A stretch of 64,000 nt of DNA from Eledone cirrhosa (taxonomy: Eukaryota): assembly GCA_964016885.1 (NCBI GenBank), contig OZ024745.1:133610001-133674000 (forward strand), in the 5' to 3' direction. Numbering within the stretch: position 1 is the first letter of the stretch; each line of letters opens with the position of its first letter. This document shows, piece after piece, positions 56,224 to 64,000 of the stretch. The notes beneath the pieces are model-generated. The model saw nothing but the letters and a program-made list of their open reading frames with translations. It did not search any database and was not told the DNA's origin. Both the position numbers and the translations under genes were made by a program.

Positions 56224-56399
56224 GAACAACACGAAATATATATTATATGTCGAGGTGTTGGGCCACTTCAATGCGAGTACACACATCATAAATATGGTTT
56301 CTGGTTGGTACACAGCGCATGGAATTGATCCATGTGCCGCTGCTTGGCTGCTAGACAGAGGGGAGGCAGCTGTTGGTGTAAGTAAGCCACAATCAACTT

Positions 56400-56945
56400 G
56401 AAAGTTGACCTGCATTGACGTCACGCCAGTTCTTTGAACATTTGCTTACTGGGATCGCCAAACCATCGTCGATCTATTCGGCCTGAGTTGACTCGAGTTT
56501 CGCGTCCATGTCTTGTTCTGTTATCTTGTAGAGGACTTAACTTGTAAGAGTGTGGCTGGAGAAGATGGAAGATAAGTAAGCCGGGAATGCTAGGTCAGAT
56601 GTAGCTAGGAAGCCAAGGCCACTGAATTCCATGAGGAGTATCGCATGTTGTCAACTGGCGATCTCGCAATTAGCATTGCACATGAGTTCCTCCCAGCGTT
56701 AGATGTGGGGTCGAATTCAATAAGGTCATCCATAGGTTGGTGACAAGCCTTACCACGCAGAGGAGTCGGGGGGGGGGGACTGTCCCTCAGAAGGAAGATA
56801 ACCGGCTGCGCGTCAATGGGTCACTCTTTTTCCATCATTCTTTTCAGGTCAGTATACGTGGTTTTCAGGCATAATATGTGGCTTTAAAGGAGGTTGGAGA
56901 GCCAAGAATGTAGTCGTCGTCTTTCAGTGCCAGCCGTGACCCAGT
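56400..56945 (-). mobile_element. Possible decayed Gypsy-type gag remnant
   Basis: GC-richer island; TTYTDLKRMM..GKACHQPMDDLI loosely resembles YxxLK..GDRKPSQLMDEM; weak match. Confidence 0.3.
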
Positions 56946-57449
56946 CAGGTGTCTGAAATTCAGTTACACTCTAGTTTAGATTTATCACTTTAGACTTAAT
57001 TTTAGAATTATTTTCTTACGTTCAGTGGCTACTTCTACGTATCTGGGTGTAAATACACTGTACGTAAAGTGATGTTGTTTCTCCTCATTGACACAGCGCA
57101 GAGCCGGTAAATATGAAGGGTGTGTACTAACAACTTGGTGCGTACTAACAACGTGTACTAACAACTTTCTCTTCTGTAGTCCTTTTAGCTCATCATATCT
57201 ATATAAAATTATATAACGAGAACAGAAATAATTTTCTCGTCACGAATTCGGAATTATAATTGAAACTACTAAATCTTCGACCAAACCTGATTCAATCGAT
57301 TTAGCCAACTGCTCTATAATTATTAGTATATATTTATATATGTGTATACAAGTATGTCTGTGTATGTTTACTTATGAACAAAAATGAATTCATAACTTAC
57401 GGAATATTGTTAAGTTGATGAAGCAGAATATGTTATCATCTTCTCCAAC

Positions 57450-57830
57450 ATCTGATCAATATTATACTCTACTTTTGATATGTTCTCATGATTGGTATGT
57501 AAGGAAGGACACATCATTCTTCTTCATTGAAGGACATATTGTTCAAGATGGTTCTAGCTGAGTAAGGTGGGTAGGAGATATTGATTAAATTCTCATGGGA
57601 TATTGTGTACGTTCTTCCGCCGCCAATAATCTCAAAATTTCATTATACTTACACACTCAACTGTTCTGAAAATGTGTTTCTCTATGATTGGAAATAATAC
57701 TATTTGTAGATTTCTCTCTCATCTGGCCTTCGGTCTGTGTTATACTGGAAAATTGTGTAATTCCATTAGCTTTCACCTCTGTATCTGAACTATGACATCA
57801 ATTATTAGTTTGCTCTCTAAGGAGTTATTG
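57450..57830 (-). mobile_element. Possible decayed Penelope-type thumb/linker remnant
   Basis: Fragments FRTVECVS, LINISYP and VLPYIP in mixed frames. Confidence 0.3.
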
Positions 57831-58722
57831 AGATCAATTTATTTCGTTTGAGATACAGTAAATTTCTTTCTCTGCAGGATACCGTTAAGTGAAATATTTA
57901 CACGTGAATGTATACTTATTTATCCTACGGTGAAGAATTCTATATTTGTACATATGAAACAAAAGTCGTGATGCGCATTCAAAGGCGTTTATGAGCGCCT
58001 ATATCTATTAGGAAGCGTTTGTTTTTTTCTCAGACGAGCTAATATAATATGCGGCACATGATCAATAAATTTATATGAAGTTACATTGCAGGATAGAGCA
58101 TATCCCTTCGTCTTCAGCAACTAGGTTCAATTCCCGACATTATTATAGTCTATCTACTTTCTTTCATTTTTAGTCATCGTCAAGGAAACAAATACAGGTA
58201 GCATACTAGAGTTACTTTACTCTGGCATGTATTCTAACATCTATACTTAAAACATTGTTACTGCGCTTGATCATGATTATTCCATAAGGTTGCTTAAGTG
58301 TAAGGACATATAACATTGAGGGAAGTGAATGATTTGTAACTGTAATTCAGTTTCAATTTACAGGATGTGTATTCCTATCAATGGTTAATAGTTATTATTT
58401 GTGGTAATATTTCCATTCTAGGATATATTCCATCATAACAGCACATTCTGCTTCCCAGCATCATGTATTAAACTGTGAATTAAAGCCGCGAATATTTGGA
58501 ACGAAAGAATATTTGACTATTGACTATGCAGATAATCCAAGCGTAAAAATCATCAATGTAGAGTAAACAAATCTTAAATAGACCTTGGAGCAGATGTTAC
58601 GTTAAGAGAACATTCGGACAGAATAGATATGGATAGAGTCTAGTAGATTTAAGGATATGTTAGAACTGATTTAAGGATATGTTAGAACTGATGAAGATAA
58701 ACGTTCATTATAAACTAACCTT

Positions 58723-58903
58723 GGTGGATTGGCAGTATCGGTAGAGGGTCGGACGCCATGCTTTCCAGCATAGTTACGTCCCTTTACAATCTGAGTTCAA
58801 ATCCCGCCGAGGTTGACTTTGTCTTTCATCCTTACGGGGTCGATAAAATAAAGTACCAGTAATGCACTGGGTAATTGCTGGCCTTGTGCCTAAAGTAGAA
58901 ACA
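58723..58903 (+). mobile_element. tRNA-derived SINE with perfect 16-bp target-site duplication
   Basis: attataaactaacctt at 58707-58722 and 58904-58919. Confidence 0.95.
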
Positions 58904-59049
58904 ATTATAAACTAACCTTAATCTTTTTAACTCAAGTATCAGATGGTATCAGATGCAAGCAAATTTCCTTCGTCGACGTCAAGCTTACCGCACTTACTGA
59001 AACAGTGCTCACTGGGCTACTAGTTACACGTGTATTTGTTAACTAAATG

Positions 59050-59108
<59 letters not shown>

Positions 59109-59303
59109 TTTTTTTTCAATCATATATTTTTTTATTTGTTTGACCCGAATTACTTGGTCGTTTCTATAGCTGTGCGGCTAATGGTTTAACCATCGTCTCA
59201 GTGTGTTTGGCCTTTTAACGTTCGTTAGAATTATTGAGCGCTTGCCACACATCTCGGAAGTTGTTTTTCGCTAATTTCCAAAGCCGAAATACGATTCTCG
59301 CTA

Positions 59304-59339
<36 letters not shown>

Positions 59340-59341
<2 letters not shown>

Positions 59342-59600
59342 GTGGGAAAGTAAAAAATCGGAGAATAGACCGTTAAAACATGTTATTTTAAATAAACATG
59401 TTTTAACGGTCTATTCTCCGATTTTTTACTTTCCCACGTGCTTACGCTCTGCTAACTCTCTAGCCCACTAAATATTAACACTTCGAATATTTAATACTGC
59501 CGGCACTAGTATCGAGCACCTTTGGCATACGCTACTTGGCAAATAACTATATGTATCACCTATCCCTCCTTTTTCTCTCTTTCTCGATACGTAAATACTA
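59340..59600 (+). mobile_element. TA-flanked element with 100-bp fold-back palindrome (59340-59439)
   Basis: acgtgggaaagtaaaaaatcggagaatagaccgttaaaacatgtt / aacatgttttaacggtctattctccgattttttactttcccacgt. Confidence 0.75.
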
Positions 59601-59748
59601 TATATATATATATATATCTTTTTCCCACTCAACATCTCCTCCCCTCTTTCTGTCTCGCTTTCATTCTGTAAATCGACAGCGTGACAGGGCCAATGGAGAA
59701 GGGTCCAAACTGCCAGCCCACCAATCATTTCAACACCACTCTGTGAAC

Positions 59749-59749
59749 A

Positions 59750-59817
<68 letters not shown>

Positions 59818-59832
59818 AGGAAAGAAAGAAAG
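59749..59832. repeat. (GAAA)n microsatellite
   Basis: Simple repeat. Confidence 0.97.
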
Positions 59833-60429
59833 AACTAAAGAACCAATCAAAGAAAGATCTCACCAAATGCAGGCAGAATTAAGACGCTAAAAAGAAATAA
59901 CTGTGACGTGAAGAAAAATCAATAGTATTGAATAACTAATATTATTCTCATTTTTCCGGCAATTACTGAACAAGATTTTGCAAAACGTCTCGTGAGAATG
60001 TATGAAAAAACACGAGAGAAGAGTATGCTACATATGCATATATTAGCATATATTAGCAACATATATCAATCTACACATTGGCACGTTTAATCGCTCACTC
60101 GCTGATGCTGATAAATATTTACCTGATGCACACTCGTGTGAATGTTTATATTTTATATATAGTGAGTACAGTGTTATATATGCATTGTTTCATACACAAT
60201 CGACTTTATCTTACACACCTGTTCCAGTGGATGTTTATTTTTCTCCGACGTTGGCATCGGGGTCTCTCGTTAGTCTTATTACTTGCATTGATTTCGTGGA
60301 AGGTTAACATGAATAAATGATTTTGAACGAATGCCTGCTGGAGAATTTACTATAGCTATGTTGTGTAGTGGACGAAAATCTTTGTCCACAAAGTTTAGAA
60401 ATTATTTTTTTACTTACGTTGTGTTTTAT

Positions 60430-61075
60430 ATTTAAAATGAAAGGAATATAAACCAGGAAATCTTCCAGAGTCAATACTTAGACCTTGTTTGTTGGGATAT
60501 TTTGTATATATTGGATATTATCTTCGTAACAGCTGTAAAGGAATCCTCCGTTATAATAGAGGGCTCATTCAGCAAACATTTTCTTAGAGAATATAGATTG
60601 GAAATTCTACGGTCTATGTTAGGAATTAGATTTACATTTTAAAGACAATACTTGGTGGAAAACACTTTATGTTTATGTCTATTTGTTTTTCATTTTGCTC
60701 ATAAAAAGACCTGTATCTGTAGTTAAATCGATGGTACGTTTAGAAAATTAGGTGTAGGAATGTCAGTATATTCAGTCTTATTGAAATTTTAGTTCTATGT
60801 TATAGAATATAACTAAAGTAATTTATTCTGTAATATGTCAAGAATATATAAACCAACTAGATCACACATATCATCGCTGCCGTATAGCCTCATCGAGATA
60901 TCAAATTGATCCTCTGTTTTAGATTTGTTCAACCAAATAGACTGCCTATTGAAAAGCAGGGATTTGAGTGTGTCTATAATAATTCCTATATCGTAATTAT
61001 TAACATCAATAAACCTACGGGTGTAATCTAAAACGTTAAGAGGCCTCAAAATACGTGCAATACTTTATCTGTTGC
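60430..61075 (-). mobile_element. Decayed Naiad-type PLE RT
   Basis: IIIDTLKSLLFNRQSIW..QFDISMRLYGSDDMCDLVGLYILDIL. Confidence 0.75.
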
Positions 61076-61080
61076 TTGGT

Positions 61081-61375
61081 GGGAAGATATCGCTGAACCA
61101 GGATATGGCACATGCGAGAGGAAGATATCGCTGAACCAGGATATGGCAGCGAGAGGAAGATATCACTGAACCAGGATATGGCATAGGTGAGAGGAAGATA
61201 TCACTGAACCAGGATATGGCATAGGTGAGAGGAAGATATCACTGAACCAGGATATGGCATAGGTGAGAGGAGGATATCACTGAACCAGGATATGGCACAT
61301 GCGAGAGGAAGATATCACTGAACCAGGATATGGCACATGCGAGAGGAAGATATCACTGAACCAGGATATGGCACG
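61081..61375. repeat. 38-bp minisatellite (gagaggaagatatcactgaaccaggatatggcataggt), ~8 copies
   Basis: Tandem units adjoining the PLE fragment. Confidence 0.95.
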
Positions 61376-62451
61376 TGTGAGATTATTCCATTATAAAAGG
61401 TTAGTTTTTTTCATAATATACATAATTATATCTCTTAATATTTTCTTACTGGTTAGTCCTAACTCAGTTCTGGTGGGATTCAGTAATCTATAACTAGTTT
61501 TGCTGGTGAAGTCAGTCTTGTAGTCTTTCAGTGTGATAAAGGTTTTGGGGTTGTCTAGGCGTTCCACCCGCGTCTCGATGTTTCTAAATTCCCACCAGCG
61601 ATAGTCTTAGCTTCGTTTTTTATAGTGATATACATATCTAAGCAGGCTTTTTGATATTTATTAATAATATTATTTAAGATCAGTTAACTATATTTGTCTT
61701 TATCCACATCATACATGTGATTTATCCTATCAGAGAAAGGAAATGTTTTATTAGAAGATTTTGTCTTTTTATATATCGTTACTTTGAAAATAATTATATA
61801 TTACATATCATATCATTTCAAATGTTAAATCTGTAGCTCCTGGAAGGTATTTACGCGAGTTGATATTAACAGGGTTAGGGACAGTGATGGCAATTCCTAT
61901 GTGAAACACAATTGCTTTCCAGAGCAACCACCTCAAATCATATTTCACTTTATTCATTGGAAATTTACGATTGAGTCTGTTGGTTGATGTAGGTATATAA
62001 TTTCTATAATAGTCTATATAGAACACTTCCATCGTATTGTGACATTGAATGTCATTGTATTCGTAGAATGTTCACCTTTCTTGGCTAATTAATATCAATC
62101 TCTCGAATGAAGAAAGACTCTGTATCCAAACAAACCGGGCGAAGGGCTATATGTTTAGCGAAATGTTAGATACATCAAATATTTTATATTATAATGCGTA
62201 CACATATTACATTTGCCACAAATTCAAAATTGGTTTCATGAGTTAACAAACCCTCCCAAATTAAAAGTGATGGCTCATAGTCATATGGCCAGTCAAATGT
62301 CAATGCAAATAGCTGAACGGTATTTTGCAAAATATCTTTTGGGAAAGTATGAGAAAATATTAGAAACTAAATCATGAAACGAGAGAAGTAACAGATAAGA
62401 TATATTTCTGGTATGAAATACATTCACTTAAGCATTGCTGGAGGAAATAAT

Positions 62452-62636
62452 TATTTCTACTTTTGGCACAAGGCCCGCAATTACCCAGTGTATTACTGGT
62501 ACTTTATTTTATCGACCCCGTAAGGATGAAAGGCAAAATTAACCTCGGCGGGATTTGAACTCAGAAGGCACGGGGTGTAAGTCTATGCGTCAAAGCATGG
62601 CGTCCGACCCTCTACCGATACTGCCAATCCACCGCC
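62452..62636 (-). mobile_element. tRNA-derived SINE with ~19-bp target-site duplication
   Basis: cattgctgg(a/c)ggaaataat at 62433-62451 and 62636-62654. Confidence 0.93.
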
Positions 62637-62696
62637 ATTGCTGGCGGAAATAATGAAATTTAGTATGTCTGCTACATATACATATATTATAAAGAA

Positions 62697-62897
62697 GGGT
62701 GTTGGATTGGCAGAAATGGTAGAAAATGGGATAAAATATCATTACTTTGGCTCTCTACATTCCCAGTTCACATTTCGCCATGATCAACTTTTACTTTCAC
62801 CCTTTGTTGGTCGATAAAACATGTCAAGTATCGGGGTCGATGTAATCAACCATTCCTTTCACCATAATTTGTTGGCCTTAAGTCTAACATAGAAATC
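62697..62897 (+). mobile_element. Older, diverged related SINE
   Basis: ggattggcagaaatggtaga head, ggtcgataaaa core, ggggtcgatgtaatc segment. Confidence 0.7.
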
Positions 62898-63221
62898 AAA
62901 ACACATCAATTTACGCTTTCACATAAACATACAAACGCTTGTGTTGAGACACATGTATCTGTATACGGCACAATCGAGTACTCACGTGAACTTTCATATA
63001 CCTATACAGAAGGATAGTCGATATCGACAGAACGGGCAGACGATTGGGTAAGAATTACATTGAGTGGGGGGAGTAGTCGGGAAGAAGGAGGCGAGAAAAG
63101 CAACAGGAGAATATAAAGATATGTTCCAGGTGAAACTAATAATTACATTCGATAATTAGCAACAGATAAAATTGGTTCACTCTCTTCTCTCTCTATCTTC
63201 TATTCTCTCTGTCTCTCTCAC

Positions 63222-63262
<41 letters not shown>

Positions 63263-64000
63263 TATCTCTCTCTCCATTCTTTAAATATTTTGCCTCATCG
63301 TTGTGAAAACCTTCAAGCAATATGTTTCTCTATTCACAATAAGCTTAGTTTTTAATAGAAATCGTAGCCACAACTAAATATAATGATATAACAGATTATG
63401 ATAAAATTCTTTAGTATAAGCTAATGATGAAATTAAGCTAATTATAAGTTATATAACATTTGTCTGTGGCTTTGCATATTTTATCTTATTATGACAGATT
63501 ATATGCGATAACAACAGTAAATAAACTGGTGTGATTTCCAGAAGTTGTTCAATACTTACAGTTAAGTGTGAACCATGTAGAGTTAGTAAATACATCGGAT
63601 GCCACCGTGATATTACTTTAAATAAGACCAATCCTAAAACTAAAGAGGTAAATGTGTGTATACAACAGTTTTGACAAATTTATAACAAGACTACGGTCTT
63701 TGGTAAGAAGTTCCCATGTTCTCTGTGGTTTGATTTAGAAATTAATGCTTAACTATTCTTTAATTGTGTGAAAACCCAGCCCAATATCGTCATGTGTGAC
63801 TACACGAAACATATATTACAATTTCATTTGAATGAATGATGAAGGCTTTTATAAACTAAGGTTCTCAATCTCGTGACACTGCCCAAAATCAGTAATCTAC
63901 TTGCAAATCTAATTGAGATTTGTAAACTATACTGCATAGTCATTGTTAGAATGTGTATATCTCTAGCCGTTTCCATTTGGTAGATAGGTTACTCTCAATA

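Noticed and set aside
58685-58706. CTGATGA motif
   Set aside because: No stem II or GAAA; chance match at the end of a short duplication.

Overview
This is an AT-rich, microsatellite-saturated eukaryotic intergenic or intronic window. An octopus-like cephalopod is the likely source, inferred from the tRNA-derived SINE family. I found no supportable host protein-coding gene, and nearly all ORFs in the track are translations of simple repeats or satellites. The window holds: (i) decayed retroelements, namely Naiad-type Penelope-like elements (PLE; the best copy at 50007-53130 has RT plus GIY-YIG), R4/Dong-type and CRE-type restriction-like-endonuclease LINEs, RTE-type fragments and about 8 SINEs; (ii) an 8.8-kb 21-bp satellite with higher-order structure, plus many minisatellites; (iii) the most interesting signal, a dense population of short elements inserted in (TA)n tracts. 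These carry type I hammerhead ribozymes (8 near-complete folds and 5 partial or degenerate ones, about 7 sequence families) and/or long fold-back palindromes at their truncated ends. One hammerhead family is demonstrably the 3' end of the Penelope element. In two palindromes the fold-back centre falls where hammerhead stem II should be. The Penelope copy is also bracketed by an inverted duplication of its own flank. Together these point to a snap-back/template-switch integration mechanism (inference). All coordinates were read by eye and may be off by a few nt.
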